Source: Lingula anatina | Lineage: Eukaryota > Animalia > Brachiopoda | Direction of reading: 5' to 3' | Assembly: GCA_051362555.1 (NCBI GenBank) | Contig: CM120640.1 | Location: 12,710,001 to 12,774,000 of the forward strand | DNA: 64,000 nt | In this document: positions 1 to 14,630 of the stretch, piece by piece | Layout: each line of letters begins with the position of its first letter | Numbering within the stretch: the stretch's first letter is position 1 | Notes under the pieces: model-generated | Told to the model about the DNA's origin: nothing | Seen by the model: only the letters and a program-made list of their open reading frames with translations | The model's database searches: none | Program-made: the position numbers and the translations under genes

Positions 1-666
1 ATAAAGCATTCTCATTATTCTCAGTGCTTTTGCATTTTTATGCACTTATTTGTAATCTAATAAAACTTTGTGAAAAAAAAAATAATAACAATGCATAAAG
101 CAGTAGAGAATCATAGTATGTAAGTCAGATTAATAAGAAGACAATCAGTTACAAAGCACTCTTTTAAAAATTATAAGGTGAATAATTAGGAAATTTCAGA
201 GAGCCAGTAGACACAGGCTGTACCCACATTAAGTTCAAATGGGATTTTAGGAGATTTCTGAAAAGAATGATAAAAGTTTTAGTACTTAACTAATGAAAAA
301 TTTGCGTTGTACAAAATTTTACTGTGGGATATCATTTCAAACACTTTCCAATTTGAAATCCATACTATTACTCTCCAAGAGGATGCAATCCCCAAGCTTA
401 GCATTGTGTATGTTTCAGGGAAACTCATTATTGGATTTTCAGGAGAGAAGGTCTGCAGGTTTACCTTTTCACTGTGAAAATGTCAGTTGCTCCAGCCTCA
501 GATTATGTAGGATGTTCACCACTGGCATGGCTTAGGCCACACTTTTTACTGAAATGTTTAAAATGTTCAACAAGGAAGACCAAGAATGTTTTTGGGAAAA
601 CCTAGTTTTCAATTATCACATTTTTTTTATTAAAGGTAAATAAGTCCTTAAATAAGTCCAAGAGGT

Positions 667-982
667 TATTTTTCAGATAATAATGTAAGTTCCTCTAATT
701 ATTTGTGTAGAGGATAATTAAGCATAAAGAGCAAGACTAATTTACGTAATCTATTGAAAGTCAATCTTTAAATGTGAAATAGATTATAGAATAATTGTTA
801 AGGCGAAGGGAAAAAAAATTCTATTTTCTATTTTCCAGATAATAATGTAAATTCCTCTAATTATATGTGAAAAAGATAATCAAACACAAAGAGGAAGGCT
901 AATTTATGTTGTCTATTGAAAGTCATCCTTTAAATGTGAAATAGATCATAGAATGATTGTAAGGCCAAAGAAAACAAATTTT
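667..982. repeat. Diverged tandem duplication, 2 copies, period ~162 bp
   Basis: Copy 1 (~667-820) and copy 2 (~829-982) share collinear blocks CAGATAATAATGTAA, TTCCTCTAATTAT, CTATTGAAAGTCA and TTTAAATGTGAAATAGAT. Confidence 0.85.
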
Positions 983-3900
983 TGAAAGAACTGTAGTATA
1001 GCAGCTGGGAAAGTACTTGAGCACTAAAACTTAATAGCTTGTCATCAGTCTTGAGACATTTTATGACTGCTTGCAGTGTCCATTACAGTGGCGTGACAAT
1101 GTTATGTGTTCGTGGTCTCTAAAGTTGACCACAGTTTACAGTTAAGGTAACGCCACTTAATATTTCCTACAGCCAGGAGTGTTTTGAGGTTTCAGATTGC
1201 GTTTGATTGACTCACCAGAGGTCACATATAGGGGACCTTTTCATTTATTTAGACAAGGGACAGACTGACGTTTGTAATAATTGGTCTCAATTTGATACTC
1301 TTTGCTGTTGTGGATCATTACCAATGGCTGCCACTAGTGGTGGTAGGTAATGAGGGGGCAATGATATGGTCAATGGATGCCGTCTGTGTGCAGGATTGGA
1401 GACGTGTTGACATTCAGTCTGATGATAAGCTTACTCTCTTTCCAGGTTTTATGTTTCCTATTTGTCTCCTACAAAATTTATGCCCACAATTGATTGAGGC
1501 GACACACATGATTTAATAGTATAAGACTGAGTGAATGTATATAATAAAAGGTAGAACAAGAGATGTGCATATTTGTTTACATGAAAATAGTGTCAATATT
1601 GAAAGTAAGAAGTAAAAATATTCATGTGATATTATGTTAAGTTTCATGATAAACCCTCCATCCTATTCAGATATAATTCAGGAAATTCATTTTTTTCATG
1701 TACCACCTTTGACCACAACCTATATATCAATTGCTACCACTGTGTAGTGTATTGTTACGGTATGATTGCAGCAGTGGCAGTGCAATTATATTATAGTATG
1801 ATACACTGTTAAGCTAACCTGATGTTGAATTCATTGGTATCTCTCCCAAGTGTTAAATATTTGACAGGTGATGGCCAAGAAACTTCTGGGGAGAAAAACT
1901 AATTAGCTAAGAGATGACAGTATCACAGGAATCATCAGTTTAACTTGGCATGTGTAGAATCCAGCAGGCTTTTGACCAAGATCCACTGATACAGTTTCAT
2001 TAGTATCATAATTCACCAGGCAGAATGCACTAGCATGAACATTGTGGTGTTTGCTTGTTACCCACTTGGTGGCAGCACTGTAGGTGCAAGTGGAACAAGT
2101 GTGACCAGTCAGTTTTATGAATTTAATTTATGGTTTTATTGAAGAGTCTTGTCAGTTGAAAAATCTGGACATTAGACCTTTTTCGAATTAATTTTCCAAA
2201 GGGTTAGCTCTTAGAACTTTCTAGCTGAGGTGAACCAAATGGTATCCAGATGGCAGGTACATTTGAAAGTTTTTGACGGAACTGTTTTTTTTTCTTTCTT
2301 GGTCGATGTGTCAGCTGCATTGTTCTTTAATGAAACAGACAGGAGTGGTGGAGAGCTGACGGAGCATTCAGCACTCTCTGGTATCACTTACATAGTTTTA
2401 CCAGCAGGACTGTCATTGGCTTATAAGAATTGCTATCAGGAATTTTAATCATTCCAAACCCCTTTGGGACCCAAGATCTATAGGGAGACATTTGATCAAA
2501 ATTGAGTGCAGGGCATACATACTAAAAAGTGTGAACTAAGTGAACTTTGCATTATGTTTGGTACAGCAAGGCAGTAAGTTTATGGATACGGCTACACATG
2601 TGAAGAGAGCAAATAGCAGCCAGAGAGAGGACAGGAAAATATTTTGGATAGGAATTTTGAATGTTCTTTAACTGCCATCAAAAGGGGTGGGAGCTCAGTG
2701 TAGTAAATCAAGAAAAACATACAGTTAATGTTGGTGTTTATTTGAAGATCATAGCAGAACACTATTGGATGTCATGATCATGAAGCCCCACCTCCAGTAT
2801 TACCATAAAGATCCATAAAGAACATTGAGAGAGGCCTAGAGGGAGGGCTGTTGCTATTCACGGACTACAGTGCAAGATCAATTTCATTGATGGGGACCTG
2901 CCTATAGAAGTGTCCAATATGGAACATTTATTAATCCTATCCCATCCTGGGGATGTGTACACAGGAAAATTGTGTTAAAGAACACCACATCTTCTTGGCA
3001 AGGGAAAACTGCCCAGCAAGATTATTATAGAGGAAAGCACTCTGTAAGAGTTTTCCACACACACATGCACACGCACATGATGAAAGCCACGACAAGACTA
3101 ACTGTGAAAAGAGGAAAAGTGTGTTTTTATTTTTAGTTTGCCTCAGCATGGTGGTCATGAGCCTCCGTGCTGGACTTGATTACAGCACAGAGCTGACTGC
3201 TGGGCCTCTGGAGCTAAAGCTGATGTGCTGTGAAGATATTGTTATTACGTAGAAAACCTACTCCCAGGACTGTTCGGATATATTTCATTGTTTCTCAGAC
3301 CCCACCAGTTAGAGCCACCTACCTATATCCACCACCTGGGAATAGAGCCATGGGAAATATCAGCACTGTGACCAATGCCTGTGGAATATTATTGTAATAA
3401 CGTGTATTGTTGTTTATAGTCAACACTAGGAAAATCAGTACCATCTAGGAATTGCGCCATAGGATTGTTTAAGGGGATTTATACACATACTTCTTCTTTA
3501 TACTACCAGTACTACAAGTATGACTAGAAAGGCATAGGTGGATTAGATATATTCTAACAAGTGTCCCTTGCCTGCTGCGCTATGATCATGAGTGTAATGC
3601 TGTGGACTTGGGAGAAAAATAATGTGCGCATTAAAAAGGTTAGTGCTGGAGAAGTGTGTTTGTATTGAGATTAGGCTGTATAAAAATATATGTGCACCTT
3701 GAAAGATGTTAGCAGAGCAAAAGCATGCTTCTGTACATTTTGCTGCTATTTTTTTAAAAAAAGTGATACTCATCACAAGGAAGAACTAAGGTAAAGTGTA
3801 TTCCTTGAGTTGAAGTTATTGAACATGTTGAATTATATGGGATGTTTAGCTTCAGTGTCCTTTATTTGACCAATTGTTTATATAACATGTAATTTCCTTT

Positions 3901-5474
3901 ATCATACTTGAAGCTAAGTCATTGTTGATAGGGGATGATGGCAATCTTTCTTCTTTCTTAAAAGCTGAAATGAAGTCATTTTATGGTCTCCAAGATACAG
4001 TCATTCAGCCTTTTACTATGTCTTGTCAGAGCAGCTTTTGTCTCCAGTACAGTTACCTTCCTTCCCTTGCTTTATTTTGTTGTTTTGAGGCTTCAGGCAA
4101 GGGCGGCAAAGGTGGTTTTTACAAATGGGGATTGGGTGACAGGCCATTTTTGGTTGAAATCAAGTTAAACAGCCTAATGAAAACAATCAGTTTAGGCTAT
4201 GTGTTTTTATGTATGAAAGGTGAGAAGATTGCCCCAGAGAAAAGATCACCTTAGATGATATGTGTTTCATAATTTGAGTACAGTTGTCTTGAAATAAGGG
4301 CATTGCTGGACATTTAGAAATTTCTCTTCAAAAAATCAACCAAGAGATATTGTTTACAGTTAAAGTTATATTTTATGATGTTTAGTGTTTGTGTTAAAAG
4401 CTTTAATGGAGTAGAATAAGTTTAGTTCATGATGCTTCAACAGGTTTGTTTTATTGCCCAAAGCAGAAGTTGAGGTTCATACTATTTGGAATAGAAACTG
4501 GACAGGAGCATACCTTTTATCTACTCTACACTTTCTTTCAGTATATGTTTTGTGTCCTGTGTATTTGCCAAAATCTATACTCATTTTCTGCACATTAAAC
4601 ACAAGAGTGGCAGAGTATCAAGATCAAAACATGGGCTTGGTGTGGACAGAAACCATGGAGCGGAAGCACAGAAATCACCAAAACATTCCGGAAATGTAAA
4701 AATTTCCAGCTGAGCACTTTTCTAGTTCAATAGCCTCACATGTCTTGACATAAGTGTGTTAGTAGATTAAAACTATTGAACACTGAAAAGGAAGAACTGC
4801 CCACGGTCAATAGCTGATAGTGTGGCAGAGGACACACTTAGGCCATTAGAATAATGAAAAGGGATTGGTTAGAGAGGTTGTTTTAATTAATCACCTGACA
4901 AATGCGTGTGCCGAGTATTTCACAGTGTGTGGGCAATTTCTTAATCAAGATGGAGTATTAAGGCTAGAGCTGCTGTTTTAATCATGAATGAAATGACTCT
5001 GTGCTTTATATTTAGAGGTTTTTAATTAAGGCTGAACTTTTCCCCCTTGGTTCATGGTGGTTTTCTGTATTTTGGTTACTTGCAGCTTAAGTTTCTGCCC
5101 AAAGGATTCAAACCCGTTTTATGGGCTTTCTGAAAAGTATTTTTTGTCAATTTTTTTCACTAATTATGGTTACATGGAAAATGTTTAAGTGATATATATT
5201 AGGTGAAGTTCTGTCCTTTTTTGTCTTGAATGAATGAGAAAGCTTATTATGAAAACAGATGGTTCTTGAACTACTCTTTCATTAGATATCTTTGATTTTC
5301 TCTAAAAACATCTTGGCAGCATTGTATATTATCTGAGCATGGCTTGGAAGATATGCTTTATAGTGATGGCAGGTTGCAGCAGCATTCTGAACATGTGGCC
5401 CTCATTTCTAGAAGAGGTGGGGGAGGGAAGGAAAAGACTAATTTAGGACTTATAGTAAAGTGAGGAGTGTGCAA

Positions 5475-5498
5475 GTGTGTGTGTGTGTGTGTGTGTGT
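5475..5498. repeat. (GT)12 microsatellite
   Basis: Read directly. Confidence 0.95.
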
Positions 5499-8147
5499 CA
5501 CAGATTTGCACAGTATTGAAATTTAAGGAAGTTACTCAAGGGTGCTTGGTGGAAAACAAGTGATGCCTAAATATAGATTCATTGAGAATTTCTTAAGAGA
5601 GGTAAAGAGTGGTAAATGATTTAGGATCAGCTGATTTGTATTATATCTGTATAATTTATTGGATATGGGCACCTCATTTGTATTCTTGTAATTATTTGCC
5701 AACATTAATCATTCATTTACTTTGCCAATTTTTCCAAAATGGGGCTTCTACTATGCTGTGATAAGTGTATTAAGAATCAATACCCCCTTTTGTATTTCGG
5801 TGCTACTTTTCTTAGTTGAGCACACAAACACAAAGGGAAATCATTGGCTTTTTATGCTAGGCTGTAGTTGTATTCCGGTGCCTAAAGCTAAGAAAACTTT
5901 CTCTTTGTGCTCCAAGAGTAACTAAACCTCAAAGTCAAAGAAATGGACATGATGAATTGCTTCTTATTTACTTTCACCTATAAGCAATTGAAATAGATAT
6001 TGAAAATGAAGTAATCAGTCACTTATTTGCTGTCCAAATTTTTACAATTTAAAAACTTTTACTTTGGATTGATTTTGAAAAACTAATACCTTTTATACAT
6101 AGTTCAGTATTTCTAGTCAGACATTAGCCTTATAGTTCATTATATTCAAATTTAAGTGTTAAAATTATATGGAGAGTATAATTCAGTTACACCCTGTCCA
6201 TCATATTACTGACTGGTGTAATCTCATTGTTATGACTGCTCTAGGGCACTGATTGTCAGCAAGTTTCTATAAACCCACTGCTTTTGTGTGTGTGTGTGTC
6301 CATTTTAATGAAGCAAGAAAAACAGTGGTTACTTTTATTAATAATATGGGAGTAAAAAAAGTAAGGATGGTATTGTACTATTTTGAGCCATGAACAGTTT
6401 GTCCATCAACATGTGTGTTGATCAGTAATGTCTCAGGTGTAGGAATGTTTGAGCTACTTAAACTGATAAGATTTTTGTTAACCTAATGGTTCAGATTGTT
6501 CATATAGCTTAGACATGATAATTTCATTGTTAGTATGGAAAGGTATTTATCAAGCTTGATATGTTTATAAGACTTTCCCTGACAGACGTTATTGGGGTTT
6601 AAGGTTTATAACCCTATGTAACATAGCCTTATTATGTTTTATAGTTGGGGTTGAATGGGGGTTAAAAGCTAATCTCTAAACATTCTTTAAGTAGTAAAAA
6701 CAAATTGGAACCTTTTACCTTACGGCTTATGCTTACAAAAACCTACTCTTGGCTCAGGCAGAATGGTGTCAGAGTGTGTGTGTGTATGTGTGTACACTAT
6801 GGAAAATGTGGAGTACTATATCAGTTACACCTGTTGTGTCCCTCCCCTAGTGGGTTACATAACAATACACAGACACTCATTACACTGGTCATTAGAGTCC
6901 TATTAAAGAAATGGATATGTTTGGCCTTAGATCAGCTTGATAAGAAAAGATAGATCAAGAAAGGAAGACTGTACCAGCATGTGAATGGAGGCTTACTGTC
7001 ATGTGATTGTGCCTGAAAAGTACTTGGAAAACACTTATTGTGAGAATCTAATCATATGTGCACACTACTTAATATTAGCTGTATAGTAGCAATATGTGCA
7101 AACACAAAAGTTGTAAGTTTACTTTGAGATTGACAAAAAAAGGCAAACTTTTCTGTATATATGTAAAACATACCAAGGCAAATATGTTTGGAATGAATCA
7201 TTTTATATAAGGTGGGAATATTCTGATAAACATTAATTATAGCCATGTAGTACATATTTATAGTTGATCTTATTTTGACATGAACAAAGTCATAGATTGG
7301 CCTCCTATTTTCCAAGTTTCATCATTTTAGCCACCAGGGAGGTATTGCTCTAGTAATTTAATGCTTAATTAGAGACCTGATTTGATTAAACACATTTTCT
7401 CTGGACTGTGCTTGCTCTATGTCCTGCACAACTCAATTACTGTTTCAGTGTTTGCAGCAGATTCTCACATTTTTTCTTTGATTAATTAATTAATTAATCA
7501 AACAGACTGGTGTTCATGTTGAAAGGTATTAATTGAGTTACCATAGAACTTCATTTTGGTATCTTAGCACTAGGAAATACATATGTCATGTGTAATTTTA
7601 TTATTTAGACATTTGGCAAGTGCATATATGGAAATATTGTGAGTAGTCTGAGTAAAGTACTCATTACACTCTTACTGAACCTTATTGGATTGGTCTGTTC
7701 CTAAAATGAATTATTGTAGCATAACCTGGACCACTTCTCAGTAAAATGTATCTTGAAAGTTACATGAGGAATGCTGGTTAAAAGTCATGTTTTTGTTGTT
7801 TGTCAGTGGCAGCATTATAAAAAAGATGGCACAGGATGATGTGCACAACAAAAGCAGTATTTTTAATCAAGAAGATGTAGCTACACATGGCGTCTTGACA
7901 TAGTTGCAGTTGTTTTTATAACCTTTGTTCATGTTGTCAACTTTAATTTCTATTCAGAAAACCTAAAGGAGCAAGTGTTTATTGTAACAATGTGATGCAA
8001 GGCTAAGAACATGCTTGAACAGGAATTTCATGAAGGACATTTGGTAGATACTGTTTCAACTCTGTTTTTAAAGAGCTATTTCCTGGGGTGAGATTGAAAA
8101 AAACAAAACTTTTTGTTAGGCATTGCACTGGCTTTCCTTAGGCGTTC

Positions 8148-8162
8148 CTCTCTCTCTCTCTT

Positions 8163-8221
<59 letters not shown>
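8148..8221. repeat. Compound (CT)n/(AC)27 microsatellite
   Basis: Read directly; explains the THTH/CVCV ORFs in the track. Confidence 0.95.
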
Positions 8222-8223
<2 letters not shown>

Positions 8224-9749
8224 CACAGATACATGTACACACACTTAGACCCACAACAAAGAGAGGTTTTCCAGACTGTCTTAAAAAGCACCTGATCGTC
8301 ATTACATGCCAGACAATACATTGGCAAACAGAAATTGATTACTGAATGGTTGTCATTGACCCTGCTAGGGCCAAACCACCCTTGGTACTGATACTCATAT
8401 CTTCACTAGATTTCACAACAAAAGGACTAATAAAAACAACAAATAAAATGACTTTGCCGTATATCAAAGTCAGTAGCAATTAAAACAGCTTCTTTTGTGG
8501 TTTGATGAACTGTTAAGAATGTCTTCGTCTGATGGTGTTTGATAGATGATGTTTTCTTTGTAGTTTTTCTTTTGTGGGGAAGCTCATTTGTTTAACATTC
8601 AAAGAGGTTTTTTGAGTTAAAAACTGAGGAGACAAATGCCTGTGGTATGATGATAAATGTGCCAACTTGCACAATGGGTCTCCTTTTTGTCATCTGCTAA
8701 AGATGTTTTTTTCTCGACTGCCTCGTTCATTCTTTCTCTTCCCATAACTGTGATTTATACCAAGTGTGGCAGAGAACTGTCTGCAGAAACTAACCATGAA
8801 ATTAAAAATGTTTGGAGTTGGCCATGTTAAAACATGATAGGGATCTTTGTAATTGATTTTCCTTGTTAAGTTTTTACCATTATCTGTGCCTGTAGACACT
8901 TTACTCTTAAGTGGAATGGGATTCCTTTGATAGGTGAAGATTGGTATAAGTAGTTAATTAACATGTCAGTGGCTGATAACTCTAGTTTTGATTTGAAAGT
9001 AAAAGAAATTTTAATAGCACTAACTTTAGTGATGACTTTCATGGTTATTGTAAAATAATGGTTGCAGGTATATAGTAGGCCATACTCCAGAAATCTGGGA
9101 ATTTTTGCACATAATTTAAAATAATGGACTTGGACAACAAGAATATCTTTATTTGGGCCCCAGATTTGATTAAAACTCTGATTGTTTTTTACAACCCAAT
9201 TTATTTGTTTCAGATAATATGATAAATGTACAAACATTAATTTACTGTTTCAGCTAGTGCAATCATTGTTACACCGCCAACTGTGCAGTGTTCAACATTT
9301 AAGATGGAAGATTATGCTTAGCTCAGATTCATCTTGGTTGTTAAATTTGTAAAAGTTAGTAAAAAAATATCTTCCAAATTTGTGTTAGTATAAATATCTC
9401 CATTTTTATTGGACTTTCCAACACATCCACTTGACACAACCACAACAACTTTGGAGCTGATGAAAATGGTAATCTGTCAAAGTCCATATTGTGGAGGATT
9501 TTTTCCTTTGGGCCCCTCAATGATATTGAGGGCATCTATTGATTTTTCACAGACACTAATGCTGTAATGGCCTCTGTGGCTCTAGAGGCTAATTAGATGC
9601 TGCCCAGAGTTTCCAGGGACATTCAATTCAGGTCAATAGAATGGAAAGCCCCATAATTCATGATCCTCAACAGGGAAGGACCTGATTGAGAGTGTGTCTT
9701 GGATATTCCCATGTATGCAGGGATAGACAGTTATCATTTGTTAGCCTAG

Positions 9750-9834
9750 CCTGATTAATAACTGAAATTGGCACCGTTAGCCTTATAAATTAGCTAGTCA
9801 GTTGGGCTAATAGGTGCAAAAGTAACAAATCAGG
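9750..9834. repeat. Degenerate inverted repeat (old MITE-like hairpin)
   Basis: Left arm CCTGATTAATAACTGAAATTGGCACCGTTAGCC vs reverse complement of right arm CCTGATTTGTTACTTTTGCACCTATTAGCC. Confidence 0.45.
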
Positions 9835-10808
9835 TGTAAAATGCTGTTTAGTGATAGGTCAGCTTGCTTGCAAATTTGTTATCTTTATCAAAATATTAAT
9901 TTGCATAAAGTATCTGTGTATGTGTGTGCATGCGTGCTAGGTTATATTTCGATTCATAATATTATTCAATATGGAGGTAAAGGTGATATGGATAGTACAG
10001 ATTTCATTCCATGCAAAATATCACTCATCTGAAGACACCCCTTATCTTGGATTGAAACATGGAACTAGTGTTTATGAAAATAAAACATGTTTAACTACAA
10101 TGTTTTTATTCATTTGGCATGTATTTCCCCCAATAAGTTATGCCCCCCCCCCCCCCCCCCCCAGACCATTGTTTGGAAGATACATAGAACATTATAAACT
10201 AGAAAAAGGAAAAAAGGAATGTATTTACTTGTGAAACTCACTTTGTTTTTGCTTTGGCAGTTAATTGTATAACATACAAATCAATTAGACTTTCTAGAAC
10301 AATAACACAATCTGGTGCCAGTGGGACAGAAACACTTCCTTTATCCTCTGGAAATTTAATTGAATTTTATTATAGAAAGATAAGAAAAAAAGACAAATTG
10401 TCTAGAGTAACACTTTGGAAATACAATAGTCTCTTTTAAATGGATCAGCCTTAAAAAGGTGTTTTTAATCCAAACTGAATATCAGTTAGTCATGGATGGA
10501 TCAGCTATAACAAGCCCACTTCCCAGAACTAGACTTCTGCCAAGTCAAATACAACACTCCTACTAAACACAGCTCCATGCTACATATTAGGTTCTTGCTA
10601 GATCTAGCAGATTTCTTCATTACTCACAATAGATAGTGTCAGTGGACCATTTTATCTTGGGGTCTGGCAATCAGTCTGTTGCTCTGTGGGTGAAGAGATC
10701 ATCTGTTCTATAAAGATAGCCTTGTTGTTGTTCTTTATATTTTATACTGTTATAATCACTGGAGCTGTGGTGGTGTTCTGGAGTGGTGTGTCTTGCCACC
10801 TCTTGTCT

Positions 10809-10826
10809 ATGTCGCTGAATATAAGG
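10809..10826 (+). CDS. Candidate alternative first coding exon of the NAV gene (MSLNIR)
   Basis: ATG TCG CTG AAT ATA AGG followed by consensus donor GTAAGT; phase 0 matches the acceptor at 35834. Inr-like TCAGTC at 10671. Could be chance. Confidence 0.25.
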
Positions 10827-12431
10827 GTAAGTTTACATTAGTTTTTTTCTTTTAGAATGTTGTCAAGTTTTTGGTCTTTTTTGCTGTAAAGGGCTTGAAT
10901 TGTCTTTTATCATACAAGGTTGCCAATTTTTCACATCAAGTCAGTCTATATTTTTATAGTATTAAATCCCATGTTTCAGTTGTAATTCTGTTCATAGCAT
11001 GTTAAACAATAGATCTATGCAGTCGGCCATCCTAATCACATGTAGCCTAGAGGGCAATTAAGGCAAGATAAAATGAAATGTGAAGAAATAATAAAAGGCT
11101 ATTTCATGGTTATAGAAAAAGGCATGACAGCTAGAAATCAAAAGTGAAAAAAACAACAACAATAAACCTCTTCATGTGCTTCTTTATATCCCAGCATGGG
11201 TTTTCTTAATTTGGTTTCATTTGAAATTGAAATTACTATACTGCTATATGCCTGAAAACAAACTTTGTCTTAGTGACCAAGTTAGGAAAAGGAGTACATG
11301 TCTACTGGAGAACATACATTTGAGTATTTAGATATTAAATTTGGATTGTTTTGTGTCAGTGAAAAATATTGGAGAAAACTCCAGCAGACATGTTTGACGC
11401 AAATGAAAAATATTAGTTAAACCCTCAGTCCTGTCATACCTTGTCGTCATTTATGAAAGTTGTTAAATTTGTCATTGTTTGGTGAAAGCAAAAGTGAACC
11501 TAAAGATCACGAGCAGATGTACACTGTCATTTTTGCTGACAAATTTTTGTTATGAAGTGTCCCCTGAGGTAGAGACTGTGGTGGTATATACATTGTTTAC
11601 AATACATGGATTATGTTGGTGAGAGGCACATATTTACATTTGATTATTATTTTTGAAAGAAATCAGCCCTTTTTTGTGGGAAATGGTCTGAAAAAGTATA
11701 GTACCACTTGTTAATTTTCAAAGAATTTCATCATAGCTTAAAAGCACCTTAATTTGCATTTTCTTACAAAAAGTTATTGAAGTTGTGGTTTTCTGAAATT
11801 AAGCATGAAGGTCTCCCAAATAAAATCAGCATGTACACAGTCATAACATAACAGTGCATGCCTATCAAACATTTTATAGCTACTCATTATAGCCATTTAT
11901 CCATCACAAATGAAATTACACTGCATGTGAAGGTGTCAAGTACCTCCTTCAAGTGAGCCACCATAAATGTCACTGCTGTATTGTAAACATTATAAATGGT
12001 TTTAGCAGCTGGCAAATTATAACACAATGAAGAAAAAATCTTTAAAAAAAACAACAGATTTTACATATACGTGTATGTAATTCAGTTGGATATTTGGTGG
12101 CTGATGGAATCGTGTGATACATGTTATGCCAAAGATTTTGCTACATGTGTATTAATGAACATGGTTATTATTTGGTAAATGCAATGCGTCTTCTAATGTT
12201 CATGGTCATGCATTAAATACGAAGACAATATTTGACAGTTATTTGTACATGATTACCCAAGCATGGATCTTTTAGGACATTGAAGTCATCCTATGAAATA
12301 TACAATAGCTTAGGAATACTATTGACTTATTCCTCAGTGTACTAATTCTTCCTCTAAAGGACAATAGGAAAACCACGTGTCCTTGTGCATTATACATATA
12401 GTACAGGTTTTCTGTGTACTATATACATTTT

Positions 12432-12680
12432 AAATGTCCCACAATTATTTTTGTCTAAATATCTTGTAAAGCTATATGTCCTTCCTAATTCAAACCTTAA
12501 AATAATACATTTACCCTCAAATGAAAGTACCTGACGTCATCCTTATGAAATTTCAGGAAAACTATGACAGTGTCAATGTCTGGTCAGACATTGAGAACTA
12601 AATTATCCAATTAAAAATGGCATAAAACATCAAATCTAAGTTCAAGGATGGATCAAGCAATGATTCTTTAGTATGATAAA
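12432..12680 (+). repeat. Dispersed repeat, copy A (old TE remnant)
   Basis: Collinear similarity to 21425-21672: AAATGTCC, TGYAAAGCTAYATGT, CAAACCTTAAAAT, AAAGTACCTGA, TCCTTATGA, CAAGGATG, AATGATTCT. Confidence 0.75.
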
Positions 12681-14339
12681 ATTAGATTTAGCATAAAAAT
12701 CCCAAATAGAATACCTTTAAGGTCTGTTTCGACAGACTTCTAGGATAGACCAGACATGGGACTGTCTTGCATCATTATTGGATCACATAATGCCCCCCCC
12801 CCCCCCCCGCCCCTGCTGCTTCTGCTACACCACAGACACCTAACTGGTGGTTAATCAATCTTATTTTTCTGATGACGGATGTTAGTTTAGTTTGATCTCA
12901 GCTCTAAAGTGGTCCCAATCTCAAAAGGCATTTGGAATATGGAGAAGTTGGATTCTTGGCAGGCAGACATGTGACCGTTATGACCTGTTGAATAGTGTTT
13001 TGATAGATTTTCTAAGAAAACATGAAAAGTATATCAAATATGCTTTCATGATGTAACCAGCTGCAACATAAACTGTGCCTTATGCCATTATGGCGTCATA
13101 TGGTGTAATTGAGCAATGCTGCTGGCTTTTTCCCACAGGATGAAAATAAACTTCAAAACATCTTGCTGATAAAGATGATATTCTCTCAGAAACAACCAAT
13201 CATAATATGTGGCAATGTTTGGTTCGTAGCTGCTCTAGAACTCATGCAAATTTCACTTGTTAAAAGCATACTTCAACCCTGTGATTACTTGAGCATGTAA
13301 AAATCAAATGGCTTTTGTAGGGAAACAAGTGCCTGTAATGTTTTTGAAATCTTTTAGAATTGCTTTGAGAGTGGTAAAATAAGGAGGTTGCCCTAACCCT
13401 TGACTTTTTCTGACCTTGTCTGTCTGCACTAGCCTCTAGCCAAAGTAATTTGTTTGTCAAGCAGAGGAATCTACAGAGAGGGGCTTCTCTTCCTGATCTC
13501 ATTGATTGCTGTAGGTGTGTCTGTTACTATGGTGAATTTTATTGTAGTACAGTACAAGATGAGTCTTATGTGGATTGAAATAATTCAGTAGTAGAAATGT
13601 AGAATATTTATTTTATTGCTAGATTTATTGCTTTTATTAAAAGACATTTGTTATTTAAGAAAAAACACTAAGAGTATTCTTTTATTGTAGAATGGAGAAT
13701 GCAGTGATAATTTCATCTCAGATAGCATTGTTCAACTCTGTCATGGGATTCTACCATTTTGTTGTGAGGCCAACCTATATATTTCTGAAAAACTTTATTT
13801 ATTTGGTGCATGAGGTTTTGTTTACTGTGAAAACCAGTTTTGCAAGAGATTGATAAAATATTCTAAAAGCAGCTAGTTTGATATTGCACCACATTATTAA
13901 TGAAACAGCTTTGCAGTGGAACTTAAGATTGGATTTTGTGAACTAGCATTTGTTTTATATTTTATATAGCATTAACCTTCCAACAGGTGAAGAAATACTT
14001 CTCAAAGTGATCATTCACTTGGGAATCCTTTTTCTGTTCAGATAATGGTAAATGCTAATCAGAATCCCTTTAAAACATAAACTGTGATTATAATTGGCTG
14101 CCTGACGGCTGCTTTGATCAAATCTGTTAATCTTAGATTAAAGATATCAGTTGCTAAGCGCTGCACTTGTAGTTTGTAGCAGAATATCTTGAGGGCCATT
14201 CATGTTGTTTTTTGTCCTTGTTTCTTTCAAAATGGCCTATGTTCACAAAAATGAATTTGAAAACCCAATTAAAAAGTGAATTTTAACACAAAGTGAAAGT
14301 GCGGGAAATGCTTGTAATAGTTCAATCAACCTAAGCCAA

Positions 14340-14406
14340 ATGAAGAAAAAAGTGATTTTAGAATGTAGGGAATCTCTGAGTTTGAATCTTGATGTAGTGC
14401 AGGTCA
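14340..14406 (+). CDS. Candidate upstream coding exon (MKKKVILECRESLSLNLDVVQV+A)
   Basis: ATG-initiated open frame ending phase 1 at a GTAAGT donor (14407), compatible with the 14581 candidate exon. No protein homology recognised. Confidence 0.2.
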
Positions 14407-14580
14407 GTAAGTACTTGAATATCGTAAAAAAAAACTTCGCTAATTTAATTTTTTCGTGCTCAAAATATGTGTACAGTCCATTTAAGATTGCATGTATTGT
14501 AACACATTGAACTACAGCAGCTACAATATAGCTAATATCTTCTATCTTCAATGTGCACATAGTCATATCCTTCCTCTCAG

Positions 14581-14630
14581 CTTCTCCCTTGACGATAGAT
14601 GATTGCTGTTTAAGGGAACAGATCAAAAAG
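14581..14630 (+). CDS. Candidate 50-nt NAV exon preceding the CH domain (xSPLTIDDCCLREQIKK)
   Basis: Pyrimidine-rich acceptor CCTTCCTCTCAG and donor AAG|GTAAAG. Ends phase 0, giving LREQIKK-IYTDWANHYL, which resembles the charged lead-in to CH helix A (cf. EDQKR-IYTDW in a vertebrate NAV2 isoform, from memory). Confidence 0.45.

Noticed and set aside
1083-1160. Small hairpin AGTGGCGT..GTGGTC/GACCAC..ACGCCACT
   Set aside because: Arms too short and interrupted to distinguish from chance or a very old MITE.
8440-9500. Possible decayed transposase (GTDNGKN motif in minus-strand ORF 8690-8899)
   Set aside because: A single short motif with no further alignment; needs a tBLASTn/HMM search.
14232-14406. 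ATG-MAYVHKNEFENPIKK-TGA continuing in frame into the candidate exon (possible readthrough or Sec)
   Set aside because: No homology or SECIS evidence; explained by chance or a simple uORF.
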